A DNA stretch of 64,000 nucleotides from positions 2,368,001 through 2,432,000 of the forward strand of contig CM000208.1 in NCBI GenBank assembly GCA_000002445.1, written 5' to 3'. The notes under the pieces are model-generated. The model was not told the DNA's origin, searched no databases, and worked only from the letters and a program-made list of their open reading frames with translations. The position numbers and the translations under genes are program-made. Positions 21,754 to 32,448 of this stretch are shown piece by piece. Each line of letters opens with the position of its first letter. Within the stretch, counting starts at the first letter, position 1. The stretch is from Trypanosoma brucei (taxonomy: Eukaryota).

Positions 21754-22692
21754 GTGATAAAAGTATATTATTTATATATCGACAAAATGGGCAGTAGTAG
21801 CAGCAGTGCTAATGATTCGAGTAGCGCCAATATGGACGCTGCATCTGGGAAGGGAATCATTAACTCGCCACCACCGGGTGAATCACCCGATGACAACTCT
21901 GAGACTACCGCAAAGTGCTCTAATGCGAGTGATCTCAACAGCTACCGTGAGTTCCGCGATCAGTTACTTAGCTTTTCCCTCGGGGAAAGTGCCTATGATT
22001 ACGCTGAAACGCTGTTTGCGAAGAACCCCTCCAGTCCTGAGGTGATGGCGCTTCTTGCAGAAACTACCGTACTGTACGACAAAACTAAGAACAAGTACGC
22101 CAGGGATCACTGGTGTGATCGCCTCGATCTGCTGCAGCGTGGGGTGGACGTCAGTCGCAAATGTATAAATGAGAACCCGGAATATGGCCCGTGTTACCGA
22201 ACCTACGTGTTGTCTGCTACACGTGAGGCAGAAGCCCTGTATTACATGAAAAGTTTGATGGGCTTTGGGCTCTTAGAGAACTATAACGCCATTATGCGTC
22301 GGGGGGAGAAGGGGATGGAACTGCTTCCCACTGATGCGGATATCCCTAACGCGCTTGGAGCTCTCAGTGCTCGTTGCGCTTATGTCTGGTATAACCCAAC
22401 CCGCCTATACGCACGTTGGTGCGGGGTTCCTGGCTGGAAGGAACTATGGGCAAAGAGTGTGCAGCTGCACAAACGCGCAGTGGAAAATGACCCTGCAAAC
22501 CTTGAGTTTGCTTGCAGGCTTGCGCAGGCTTACTTTCACAGCGGAGACTATCAAAACGCGCGGCGGTGGTATGGAAAGGTACGAGATGAAATGCCACCAC
22601 AAGACCTGAAAGATGAGCGGTGGCAAGCGATCGCACACACACACCTTTCCACAGCATTCGTAAAGACCAGTTGGAATGTTCCTTTCGCGTAG
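21754..22692 (+). CDS. Hypothetical TPR-like helical protein; probable true start at nt 21787 (MGSSSSSAN..., N-myristoylation consensus)
   Basis: Intact 312-codon ORF with a Ser-rich N-terminus followed by alpha-helical TPR-like segments (...ANLEFACRLAQAYFHSGDYQNARRWYGKVRDEM...). The internal Met at codon 12 gives MGSSSS (M-G-x-x-x-S), the N-myristoyltransferase substrate consensus. No confident family assignment. Confidence 0.45.
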   Translation: MIKVYYLYIDKMGSSSSSANDSSSANMDAASGKGIINSPPPGESPDDNSETTAKCSNASDLNSYREFRDQLLSFSLGESAYDYAETLFAKNPSSPEVMALLAETTVLYDKTKNKYARDHWCDRLDLLQRGVDVSRKCINENPEYGPCYRTYVLSATREAEALYYMKSLMGFGLLENYNAIMRRGEKGMELLPTDADIPNALGALSARCAYVWYNPTRLYARWCGVPGWKELWAKSVQLHKRAVENDPANLEFACRLAQAYFHSGDYQNARRWYGKVRDEMPPQDLKDERWQAIAHTHLSTAFVKTSWNVPFA

Positions 22693-23019
22693 GGACCCCT
22701 GTGGATGGTCAGCGACGAAAGGGATGAGAACCAGAAAATGTCTTTACAGCTATCGCTGCGTTATGAGATATTCGGTTGTTGTTGTTGTTTTTACGTTGTC
22801 GTATTTGTGTATCTTCGCTTGGCAGTTCGTCATGCTGTGTCGTGTAACCCCGCCTTCGCCTTCTTTCCCCCCTTGTGGCTCGCTGTGTTTAACAATGATA
22901 ATAATCGTACTTATTGCAACGGCGCAATCATCGCTTCAGTAGTATATTGAATAGCAACAAGGTGACGGCGGGAAATTTTTAAAGAAATAGGGTAGAAACA
23001 TAGGTGCGTAAAAAAAAAA

Positions 23020-25047
23020 ATGTTGCGGCGTGTCACCCCCTTCACACTGTGTGCTTCAGGCTTCACTGCCTGCCGTTGGGCCGGACGAGTGCGTCATGGT
23101 GCGACGATTTGTTCAGCTGTCAGTGATGCAACCGCTGGGAAGCAAAAAAGCGCTTGTGTCACCGACGTGGAGGAAATACCCACACTTTCTTTCCTTTCGT
23201 CAAAGTCCATATTGTCGGAGACAGTTGATCGAACCATTGAGGTGTGTGACGCACTTCTAAACGAAATTCCAAAGGCCAAGAGCATAAAAGAAAAACACGA
23301 CCTTATTGACTCAACTAGTAACGTTCTATGTCTTCTTCTTGACCCCTGTGAGTTTGTGCGCCAGGTTCACCCTGATGCGGAGTACAAGCAGCATGCCTCG
23401 TACGCATTTCAAAAGGGATATGAGTACATGAGTAAAGTCAACTCCCGAAGGGATTTGTACGATGTTGTCCTTCAGCTTGACAGCACTGAGGGACACAAGG
23501 AACTCAGTAGTGAAGAAATTAAAAACGTGGCCCAACTTAGGCGGGACATGGAAAGTAACGGCATCCATCTCCCCGACAAACTACGTGAGAAGGTAACTGA
23601 AATGAACATTGAAAAGGAGGAACTCGCCATGCGCTTCCTGACGGAGCAGGGTTCGAAGAATCCCTTTGCAACACTCCGTTATCTTCTTCAGTGCCGTTAC
23701 GAACTCTCGCAACTGCTGGGGTTTGAGAGCTTCGCAGAACAACAACTTCGAGGGACAATGCTGGAAAATCAGCAGCGTGTTTGGCATTTCTTGTGTGGAA
23801 TTGCCCATAAGTACCGGAGAGAGGCCGAGAAGGAGATGGATATCATACGGAGCAACGTTGGAGAAGTACGTAATCGACAAAACATTACAGACGATGTCCG
23901 AGCTCGAGTGGCTCATTCACTAAGACGTGATGCGGAGCCGGAAACAGCGGCTGAGTATTTCTCCGTTGCAAACTGCATACGCGGTATTCAGTGCCTCTGT
24001 TTGGAGGTTTTTGGCGTGCGGTTGGAGGAAGTGCAGTTCGACAAAGATGAGATCTTCAACAACGACGCCAAAAAGTATCACGTGTATGACGAGAATAAGG
24101 CGTTTCTTGGAGTTATCGTACTCGATTTGTACGCGAGTGAAATGAAATATTGCCAAGCTGGCCACCTTACGTTGCAGCTTGGTTGTATACCCCACCAAGA
24201 GGCCTTGGCAAAGGTGGGGCTAAAGTTACCGAAACGCCAGTATCCCGTTGTTGTTTTAACGTGCAATGTTGGAGCCTGCTCGCCCGTGCAGCGACTCCCT
24301 AATGGTAGGTTTGACGATGAGTCTACGCTTATGCACCCCAATGAAGTGACAACAGTTTTTCACGAGTTTGGTCATGCGATGCACACCATTTTTGGCCAGA
24401 CGAAGGTACAGAACCTCGCTGGAACACGTGCTAGTATCGATTTTGTAGAGACATTCTCGCAGCTCTTTGAGCAATTCCTCACCTCCCATGAGTTTCTGCA
24501 GTTGTGGGCACACCGTATCAGCACGCGGGAACCCATCTCATTTGACATGGTCATGAAACGGAACGCAGCTGCTGACATGTTCAAGCACCTTGACATGATG
24601 GATCAAGTAGTTCTTTCGGCGGTAGATCAGACCCTTCATGGTCCTCAGCCATACACTGTGTACTTTCCTCGTGGAGACCAGGGGAACCTTGGGAAACGTA
24701 CACTTGGAGATATCGGCGACTACGGACGCGGTACGTACAACTTAGCAAAGGTCCTTATCGACATATGTACTCCTCTTTCTATTGTGACACCGACGGAAAC
24801 AGGCGTTTTGGGTACTCTTTCGTTTGAACACCTCTCCGGTTACCCAGCAGGTTACTACGGTTACCTTTACAGTCTTTCCATTGCTCGTCGCATATGGGCG
24901 AAGAAGTTTATGAAGGACCCGCTTAACCGTGACGCAGGGAGGGAGCTGGTGCAAAAAGTAATGCGCCACGGGGCTGCATGTAACCCTGTTGATGTCATTG
25001 AGAACTATCTGGAGGACAAACTCGATGAAATCGACATATGGGTGTGA
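23020..25047 (+). CDS. Mitochondrial intermediate peptidase / M3A-family zinc oligopeptidase (thimet/MIP-like)
   Basis: HEXXH zinc motif in M3 context (TTVFHEFGHAMHTIFGQT), downstream Glu ligand region, and length (675 aa) typical of M3A. N-terminal MLRRVTPFTLCASGFTACRWAGRVRHG looks like a mitochondrial presequence. Confidence 0.75.
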   Translation: MLRRVTPFTLCASGFTACRWAGRVRHGATICSAVSDATAGKQKSACVTDVEEIPTLSFLSSKSILSETVDRTIEVCDALLNEIPKAKSIKEKHDLIDSTSNVLCLLLDPCEFVRQVHPDAEYKQHASYAFQKGYEYMSKVNSRRDLYDVVLQLDSTEGHKELSSEEIKNVAQLRRDMESNGIHLPDKLREKVTEMNIEKEELAMRFLTEQGSKNPFATLRYLLQCRYELSQLLGFESFAEQQLRGTMLENQQRVWHFLCGIAHKYRREAEKEMDIIRSNVGEVRNRQNITDDVRARVAHSLRRDAEPETAAEYFSVANCIRGIQCLCLEVFGVRLEEVQFDKDEIFNNDAKKYHVYDENKAFLGVIVLDLYASEMKYCQAGHLTLQLGCIPHQEALAKVGLKLPKRQYPVVVLTCNVGACSPVQRLPNGRFDDESTLMHPNEVTTVFHEFGHAMHTIFGQTKVQNLAGTRASIDFVETFSQLFEQFLTSHEFLQLWAHRISTREPISFDMVMKRNAAADMFKHLDMMDQVVLSAVDQTLHGPQPYTVYFPRGDQGNLGKRTLGDIGDYGRGTYNLAKVLIDICTPLSIVTPTETGVLGTLSFEHLSGYPAGYYGYLYSLSIARRIWAKKFMKDPLNRDAGRELVQKVMRHGAACNPVDVIENYLEDKLDEIDIWV

Positions 25048-25532
25048 AAACGCTCTTTACTCTTCTGCACTACACATACATGCTCACGGCCTTCACCGTG
25101 CTAGGTGCGGCGAGAAGCAACACATCAGGATGTGGCAGCTCAGTCGAATCCTTCGGTCTTTAACGTTCTACTAAATAAATGAAGTAGGGGTGCAGTGCCA
25201 TTTTTCTTTTTTAAAAAGTTTTTCTACCATGGTGCCGCGCGCGTGCGAAATTAAAGCAGTGCTACATGTGGCATTTTACCACCAGTCGCTGAGCGTCTGC
25301 AAACATAGGCCGCACTTTACCATTTATTTTTTTGTCGTTCTTTTCCGCCTATGGAGACAGGAAGCGACTGCACAACATAATTTGTGCTTGGTGCCGCTTC
25401 CCCTCCTTCCACTGTTTAGGTACGAATATCTACTCATTTTTGTAATTTTTTTTTTAAAGATAACAAATCGTGAGGTTTTCCCCCTAGGTACTTTAGTTGA
25501 CCATAGGTTCAAATAATACTTTGCGAGCGTGA

Positions 25533-26018
25533 GTGCAAACCATAATGCGCCGCACCTTCATTTCCTTTTCTGCTGCATCGGCAGCTGCCGCCGCACCTGT
25601 GACAAGTACTAAAATGCAGACACTTCATAAACTTCTTACGGGAGAGGTGAGCTTCAAGAACAAGGCACCAGTAAAGGACTGCAACATTGTCCATCAGTTT
25701 GGGGAAAATTGGGCAACGGAGCTATCTGCTTACGCCAAGACTCTACCGGCGGAGCAGCAGAAAATTATTGTACGACAAATTGCACGTGTTAAGTTAACAC
25801 GTTATACCGTGGCTGAGCTTGCGGCATACTGTGGCGATGGACCTGCACTCTTGGATGAAACGGCACGGGCAGCCAATATAGAGCAGGGTGTTGCTTTTGT
25901 AAAGGCAAAAGGGGTTGAGGCATTTGAGAAATATGTTGCAGAGGAATCGACGAACGCAAATTGGAAGCCAGAGGAGGCAAAGAAATTTATCGAAGATGTG
26001 AAAGCAAAGGCTAAGTAG
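25533..26018 (+). CDS. Hypothetical small protein with predicted mitochondrial presequence and K/A/E-rich C-terminus
   Basis: Intact 161-codon ORF in the + array preceded by a polypyrimidine tract (about 25430-25460). N-terminus MRRTFISFSAASAAAAAP is presequence-like. No recognisable domain. Confidence 0.4.
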   Translation: MQTIMRRTFISFSAASAAAAAPVTSTKMQTLHKLLTGEVSFKNKAPVKDCNIVHQFGENWATELSAYAKTLPAEQQKIIVRQIARVKLTRYTVAELAAYCGDGPALLDETARAANIEQGVAFVKAKGVEAFEKYVAEESTNANWKPEEAKKFIEDVKAKAK

Positions 26019-26803
26019 ACTCTGATGTGCGAGTATGTGTCTCTGTGATGAAGTGGTGCCCAAACTTTGAAGCAGCGGAAGACAAATGAGTTAAGAGGGT
26101 TGGAAAGGAGGAAATGAATAAAGAAGGTGCGGATCCAAGGAATGGTGGAATGAGTGTGAAGAAACACCGGGATCTGAGGGTTAGGAATAATCACTCCTCG
26201 TGCCGGCTGTTGTGAAGAGGATGCGGGGTGGGGGGGAACCATTTACATATTTACATTTATATTTATATATGTGTAAGTGTTTGTGTGTATGGCTCGATGA
26301 ACGATTACTTTGCTCTCTCCTCCCCCCTTACATGCACATGTGTTTATGCTTGTTGCGTTGTGAGATTAGTTGTAGGAAGTCATACTCGTAGTGGGCGTGC
26401 CATCCGTGTGGGGCGGGGTGTAAGATGTTTTATTCCACTTTTCCCCACCTTAGTAATCCTTCGACTTTCCTTTAGCTTACATCTGTTGGGTACTGTAGGA
26501 GGTGTTAGGGAGGAATTGCCTTTTCACTTGGAATATGGTAATAACGTAGTTGGACACGAATTTACGCGGTGCATTTAAACAGTTGCGCGTACCAGTGACG
26601 TGATGAAAGTGTGTACACACAAATAAAATAGGAAGAAGCGTGCATGTACACTAACTTGTACCGATGACGCACTGGTTGTCATTATGTGGCCGTTCGTGCG
26701 CATATTTTTTTTTCTTTTTTTCTTTTCCCATCTTCACCGGATGGTCGCGTTAGACACCTAGGTTGATTCAAATTGTGTCAAGGGTGGAGGCTGTGAAGAG
26801 GAC

Positions 26804-27730
26804 TTGCAACGAAAATTCAAAGAAAAAAAAGAAGAAAGGGAGAGTTTCCGGCCTGCAATAAACACCAGAGCGGAAAGCGAAGTAGTGGAAGCGTCGCATC
26901 GACAAACAACAAAAGAAAAATACAACGCTAACAAACAAGTTATGGTCTCCAAGAAATCACTGTATGATGTACTCGGCCTGTCACGAGATGCTACGGCTGC
27001 TGACATCACGCGTGTCTACAGACGTTTAGCACTGCAGTATCATCCCGACCGCAACCCCGAGGGCGCAGCAAAGTTTAAAGAAATTTCCAACGCATACAGT
27101 GTGCTCTCTGACGAAAAGGACCGTCGTACTTACGATGCGACTGGAATAGTGCCGGGCGCAGCGAGTGGGAGAGGCGATGAAATGTCGGAATCACAGCGAT
27201 CTGCTGAAATGCAACAACGTGTACATCAATTTTACGCCACATACGCGGGATCACATGAGGAGGAGGAAGATGTTATTGAACGATTCAAAAAGTGTAAGGG
27301 TAACTTTGGTCGAATGATACGAGAGGAGTTATTGTTTGACAACGGTAAAGTCGAGGAGGTTAAGCGACTACAAGACCTTGTGCGCTCCCTTGTGAAAAGG
27401 GGGAGCTTGGAATCTACGGAGGCGTGGGAGATTACATCCACAGAAGCGGCACGAAAGCGCATTGAGCGGGCCATGGCGAAAGAACGGAAAAGGGCTGTTG
27501 AAACACTCGACGCAATGGGGTTGAGCACCAAGAAGAGTGGAGCAGGGAGCATGCAAGAGCTTCAGGCCATTATCTCACGTAACCAAGAGAAGCAGTGGGC
27601 TGATATGCTTGGTAATCTGGAGGAAAAGTACGTTAAGCGAAAGAATGTAGCTGAGGAACACGCCGGGAAGAAAAAGAAGCGGGAACAGCAGGAAAGTGCA
27701 TCGGCACCTCGAAAAAAGACAAAGAAATAA
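26804..27730 (+). CDS. J-domain (DnaJ) protein, DNAJC9-like; probable start at nt 26942 (MVSKKSLYDVLGL...)
   Basis: Canonical J domain SLYDVLGLSRDATAADITRVYRRLALQYHPDRNPEGAAKFKEISNAYSVLSDEKDRRTYD with HPD tripeptide. Charged helical C-terminus (LQAIISRNQEKQWADMLGNLEEKY) resembles DNAJC9 ([27 protein letters not shown]). Sequence upstream of Met47 is K/E low-complexity, likely 5' UTR. Confidence 0.75.
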   Translation: MQRKFKEKKEERESFRPAINTRAESEVVEASHRQTTKEKYNANKQVMVSKKSLYDVLGLSRDATAADITRVYRRLALQYHPDRNPEGAAKFKEISNAYSVLSDEKDRRTYDATGIVPGAASGRGDEMSESQRSAEMQQRVHQFYATYAGSHEEEEDVIERFKKCKGNFGRMIREELLFDNGKVEEVKRLQDLVRSLVKRGSLESTEAWEITSTEAARKRIERAMAKERKRAVETLDAMGLSTKKSGAGSMQELQAIISRNQEKQWADMLGNLEEKYVKRKNVAEEHAGKKKKREQQESASAPRKKTKK

Positions 27731-28309
27731 GTCTACGCATTATTCTCAGCTAGCCGTGTGCATGCCACAACTACATCCGAAAGCGGTGTATCGATGACCA
27801 TAGATTCTGGAGACTAACTTAGCTGTGTTGGTTTGGGAACTTCGCACTGCGTGAACACTAATGCATTCAGTTTGGTCGAAACATTGTGACGGCACGCTAG
27901 TGACAACTACCTCAACATCACACTTCCAATAGAGTTAGTTTTTTTTTTCACTTTCTGACTTTTTTTTTATGTTGAGCCATCCCACAAGTGCACGCGTATT
28001 CGCGTATAGACGCTCTCATGAAAGCACAAAGGCAGAGAGCGCGCTGCTGCAAGTGTCTACCGCTGTTTTTCTACTTTTCAAAAATCCTTCGTTTCTTGTC
28101 TCGACGCATATTTATTCATTGATTCATTAAATCACTAAGGTAAAACAGCTGTGTCTCCGCGCCGCGGTGTTTGTTTGTTTGTTTCTTTCTTTCTTTGACC
28201 AAGGAGAGAAACGAAGGATTTGGGAATAGGAAGAACACTTTTATTTGCTAAGGTGCTAAGTTGCTAAACACCCTAGGTCGCTACTACCCTTTTTAGTGTT
28301 GGTGTCCCA

Positions 28310-29998
28310 ATGCATTCAGTCCACGAATCGCTCTTAGGGGATGACGCTGCCGCGCGCAATACTGGTCGCCAGTCAACCATCAACCGAATTTCAATGCTAG
28401 TTGCTCAAAGACTTTCTGTTGTTGGAATGGAGGAGGAGGTTCGACATGGATCGGTCGCTGGCGCCTCTGTCAACACATTATGTAATGTTATTGGGGCAGG
28501 TGTGCTCTCTCTACCACTAGCAATGCATGAGGCATCTATTGTCGGTGGATTTACGCTGATGTTGTTTATGGCGCTGCTGGGAGGTCTTGCAGCGTTTATG
28601 GTCATTATGGGATGTGAAGCAACGCAGCGGTTTTCCTTTGCTGAAGTAGTAGCGCACGCCCTGTTCCCATCTTACACATTCGAGGATTTTTGTACGAAGG
28701 TGGGTAAACTGGCACTTCATGACCTTGGTTGTGTGGGGGGTGGCGCAATGGAAACGGAGGAACTGCATCGCAAACACAAGGAGAGGGAGGCGGTAAGCAG
28801 ACGTAAACGTCGGGCTGTGATTGTTCTTCTTGAGCTATTGGTGTTTATTAACAACTATGGAACGCTTATCATATATTCTCGGGTCATTGGTGACTCCATA
28901 CCTCCGGTCGTGAGCAGCCTCCTGCACACCTCTGGCATTATTGTTACCAGAACCTTTTGGCTGGTTACGTCCGGGGTCATTTTCTTCTTGCTCAGCTGCG
29001 TCCGGCATATGGACGAACTCAAGTGGACGTCTTTTCTGGGATTTATCACTATATTGTACATAGTCGTCATCGTTGTCGTACGTTATGTCACCAGTCTACA
29101 AAATCCCCCATACCCCGATGTGGACCCTGCCGCGCTCGAGGGAATCAACTGGTGTAAAATTAGTGTGAACATACTTCGCAGCGTATCAACATACAGCATT
29201 GCCTTTTCCTATCATAGCAACATTCCCTACTTTTATCGGGAGCTAAGGGACCGCAAACCCTACACGATGCTCAAAAGCGTCTATATTGCGTTTCCCATTG
29301 TTACAGTGTGCTACGCTACGACAGGTTTCTTTGGCTACTTGACATTTGGTACGTTAGTCGCCAGTCCCGCTGCCGGTGGTGACATTGTGCGAAATTACCC
29401 AGCGGACGATTTATTGGTTAATATCGGGCGTTTTGGACTCTTTCTACATTTTGCCTGTGTCTATCCCATTCTTTCGGTGTGCGCAAGGCGCGGTCTTCAC
29501 CGAGTTATTATGCATGCACTAACTTGGAACCGTCTGAGCACCCCAGACGAGGAGGACGAAACCCCACCAGCGAATGAAACTACCAAGTACTACTCCACAG
29601 ACCACAGGTATAAAATGTCGGGAGGCAGTGATGAATTGCCTTTGAGCGATGACGCTGACAGAGATGTTGGCTCTCCGGAAGACACCACCACTCTAGCTAT
29701 TGTTTTGGAGGCGCTCTTCATTGTGTGCACATCTGTGGTGCTCGCCGCTTACATCTCCGGTATATCCGTTGTGATTGACTTCCTTGGAACACTCCTCGGG
29801 ACGGTTATGATGTTTACCGTCCCTGGCTTCACAGGTTGGTGTATCTTATCACGTGCGTCGCCGCTTGGTGGTTCTACTGTGGTTTCGCACACCCGCCTCT
29901 TCATGGTTCTTACCTTCCTACTCGTGGTGATGGGAATTGCTTGCACATCGCTGGGTTTGCTGTTTCTTATCAAACAGTACGTCCTTCCTGCTTTGTAA
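28310..29998 (+). CDS. Amino acid transporter, AAAP/SLC38-like (Aa_trans family), multi-pass membrane protein
   Basis: N-terminal signature SVAGASVNTLCNVIGAGVLSLPLAMHEASIVGGFTLML is typical of eukaryotic Aa_trans permeases. About 10-11 hydrophobic helices; 562 aa with a hydrophilic loop insertion. Confidence 0.8.
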   Translation: MHSVHESLLGDDAAARNTGRQSTINRISMLVAQRLSVVGMEEEVRHGSVAGASVNTLCNVIGAGVLSLPLAMHEASIVGGFTLMLFMALLGGLAAFMVIMGCEATQRFSFAEVVAHALFPSYTFEDFCTKVGKLALHDLGCVGGGAMETEELHRKHKEREAVSRRKRRAVIVLLELLVFINNYGTLIIYSRVIGDSIPPVVSSLLHTSGIIVTRTFWLVTSGVIFFLLSCVRHMDELKWTSFLGFITILYIVVIVVVRYVTSLQNPPYPDVDPAALEGINWCKISVNILRSVSTYSIAFSYHSNIPYFYRELRDRKPYTMLKSVYIAFPIVTVCYATTGFFGYLTFGTLVASPAAGGDIVRNYPADDLLVNIGRFGLFLHFACVYPILSVCARRGLHRVIMHALTWNRLSTPDEEDETPPANETTKYYSTDHRYKMSGGSDELPLSDDADRDVGSPEDTTTLAIVLEALFIVCTSVVLAAYISGISVVIDFLGTLLGTVMMFTVPGFTGWCILSRASPLGGSTVVSHTRLFMVLTFLLVVMGIACTSLGLLFLIKQYVLPAL

Positions 29999-30637
29999 CT
30001 CCTTCAATGCCAAGCGCGCCTTTTACTTTTAGCCGCTGCTATTCAGAAAGCCGACTCTTGACTCCCTTCTTTCATTTGGTATTCGGTGTGTGAAACCGAT
30101 GAAGGTTGTTCAAGCCACCCCTCCTCGTACAAGGGAGATTCCTTACGGAATGGGAGAGAAGAGCAGAGAGAGTGTGTGTGGGTTTCAACATTCTAATTGA
30201 CGATTTGTGTGCCCCCATTTTTTTTTTTTCGTTGCCACTCACCCCACGTTTGGACGGTTCCGCTCGATTAGGTGTCTATTTGACTTACTTTTACGCTATA
30301 AAGGTTTTGTAGCTGCATCCACCGGCTGCTAACGTGTACCCATGTTGTTTTTCCTTTGATGTCATGCCTTGTTCATACCCAATTTTGCGGTCGATGAAAA
30401 CTGACACCTTACTTTTTTTTTTACGTATATTTGCGCACTTAACTTTCTCTATGGCAATTAAAACCCGACAACCAACCATAAATTACTTATTCTATGGATT
30501 TACTAGACGCTTACGAGAACATTGGTATAGAACTACCCGTCGTTTTCGGTGCTTGTCTGATTTGCCGGTACTCAATTATCGCTCTCGCATCAGAGGCGAC
30601 GAATTCCGTCAGGTGTGGCACAGAAGCCTGGAGCTGA

Positions 30638-31918
30638 GTGACATATTTTGAATATATGCGTCGATGGCTGCGTAACGTTCGTGGGGGATTACTTCATCCT
30701 CGGGCAGCACGGCTTATGGTTTCCTGTGGGAAGACTCATGGCCTGCACATGGTCTCTACTGTTAGTAGAAACACTGAAACTGAAGATGAAGAAATTAGGG
30801 ACAACGAATCGTTTCCACATCAAGATGATGATGACGAGTCCGTGACGGAAATAAGCGAGGAGATGATGCGATCTCTTCCGAAAGCTCCTCCGAAACTGAG
30901 GTCAGCGGGGTCACTACTCTCCACCGAAGAGCAGGAGCAACTTACAAGGATGATTTTCAAGGCGCACTATGCGGGGGAAGGGATGGGGGAAAACGATCGA
31001 GCGATGTGGTACCAAAGTGCACTGGAGATCCATTGGCTGGAGGAATGGGCGTACGAGGAATTTGACGGGCAAACACAAAGGGATGTGGCACGTCGTGCCG
31101 TGAAGAAGGCAGTTCTTCAGCGTGTGGATCTACACAAACCGCTTGCTTATATTATTGGGCACCAGCCATTTTACGGTTGTGATATTCGTTGTTCCCCACC
31201 TCTCCTTTGTCCGCGACCGGAAACAGAGATGTGGACCCATTGGCTCGTTCGCACATGGCTTTCGAAAATACCTGAAACGACCCAACCCTTGCGTGTTTTG
31301 GATATGTGCTGCGGGACCGGCTGCGTTGGTATTGCCATCGCCAAGCATGTGCCCTCCGCACAAGTTACTGCCGTGGATATCCTGGATGAGGCGATTGGGG
31401 CATCAGAGGAAAATGCAAAACTGAATGGGCTTGAAGCGAGTCGCTTTTGCACTTTAAAGAGCGACATGTTCGAATCCTTTCTTGTCTCGAATAGCGGGAG
31501 TCTCACCGGAGAGGACACAAAGTTAGACCTCAAGAAGAAAGAACCAGCAGCAGAGCATGCTGGTTCTTTTGACATCATAGTGTCCAATCCGCCCTACGTG
31601 TTGCCGGATCAGTACACTGATTTACCACCTGGTATTAAGTTGTGGGAGTCCAAGTTGGCCTTGGTGGGCGACGAGAAGCGCGAACAGCAGCAGTATCTTT
31701 ACTTCCAAGAGCTGTCCGAATTTGGTTCTTTGTTACTGAAGCCCAAAGCGATGCGAAACCCTGCGCTTTGCGCAGCGCCAAACATTGTTATTGAGGTAGG
31801 TCTACAGGCAGAACAGGTTGCGTCCGTCATGGAGAAGAGTAAACTATGGGAAAATGTGGAGATTCACTTGGATTACGCGCAGCAGATGCGATGGATTACC
31901 GCCTCTTCCTCCCACTAA
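30638..31918 (+). CDS. HemK/PrmC-family protein-(glutamine-N5) methyltransferase (MTQ1-like, release-factor specific), probably mitochondrial
   Basis: SAM-binding motif LDMCCGTGCVGIAIA, catalytic IVSNPPY (NPPY) motif and upstream PLAYIIGHQPFYGCDIRCSPPLLCPRPETE matching HemK PLQYILG...F.G..F.V.P.VLIPRPETE. Acidic low-complexity N-terminal insertion. Confidence 0.75.
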   Translation: MTYFEYMRRWLRNVRGGLLHPRAARLMVSCGKTHGLHMVSTVSRNTETEDEEIRDNESFPHQDDDDESVTEISEEMMRSLPKAPPKLRSAGSLLSTEEQEQLTRMIFKAHYAGEGMGENDRAMWYQSALEIHWLEEWAYEEFDGQTQRDVARRAVKKAVLQRVDLHKPLAYIIGHQPFYGCDIRCSPPLLCPRPETEMWTHWLVRTWLSKIPETTQPLRVLDMCCGTGCVGIAIAKHVPSAQVTAVDILDEAIGASEENAKLNGLEASRFCTLKSDMFESFLVSNSGSLTGEDTKLDLKKKEPAAEHAGSFDIIVSNPPYVLPDQYTDLPPGIKLWESKLALVGDEKREQQQYLYFQELSEFGSLLLKPKAMRNPALCAAPNIVIEVGLQAEQVASVMEKSKLWENVEIHLDYAQQMRWITASSSH

Positions 31919-32448
31919 TCTCTCGGAACGGTATCCACGCGCTAAACACCGCAACGGTCGCTCACTGGCGCAAGTTTTTCGAAACTCATGCTGCTGTGGA
32001 CGACCGTTGCCATTGCGAGCCGTGCTCACCAGGATGTTTCCTTGGAAACGGTGTGGGTCCCATGATCCCTTTCATCCACGAATGGAGTGTTGTGGTACTG
32101 ACTTGCACTGATTCACTAGTTTTCTTGTAAATTACTGCTACCATTACTAGTATCGCCGTTAGTGCCGCAGATGCACTTGTGTTGTGATGATATATTTAGT
32201 TTTCAACGTCACCGCTGAATGAATACCACTACGGTAAGGGAAGCCCGTCGCAAAGAGGTACGCAAAGGGAGCTGTGAGCGCCCCTTCCTTCTTGTGCTTT
32301 GCTGACGCTCGGAAGACCCCACCTATAAATGGCTAGTATTACAGTTATTATTTTAGTGTCATTTGTTACGAGTTTTGTAAAGAATCTGCATGTTTCTGCA
32401 TCTGAGTTTTATTCTTAGAAAGAAAGTGGAAACAGGAAAGAGGCGACG

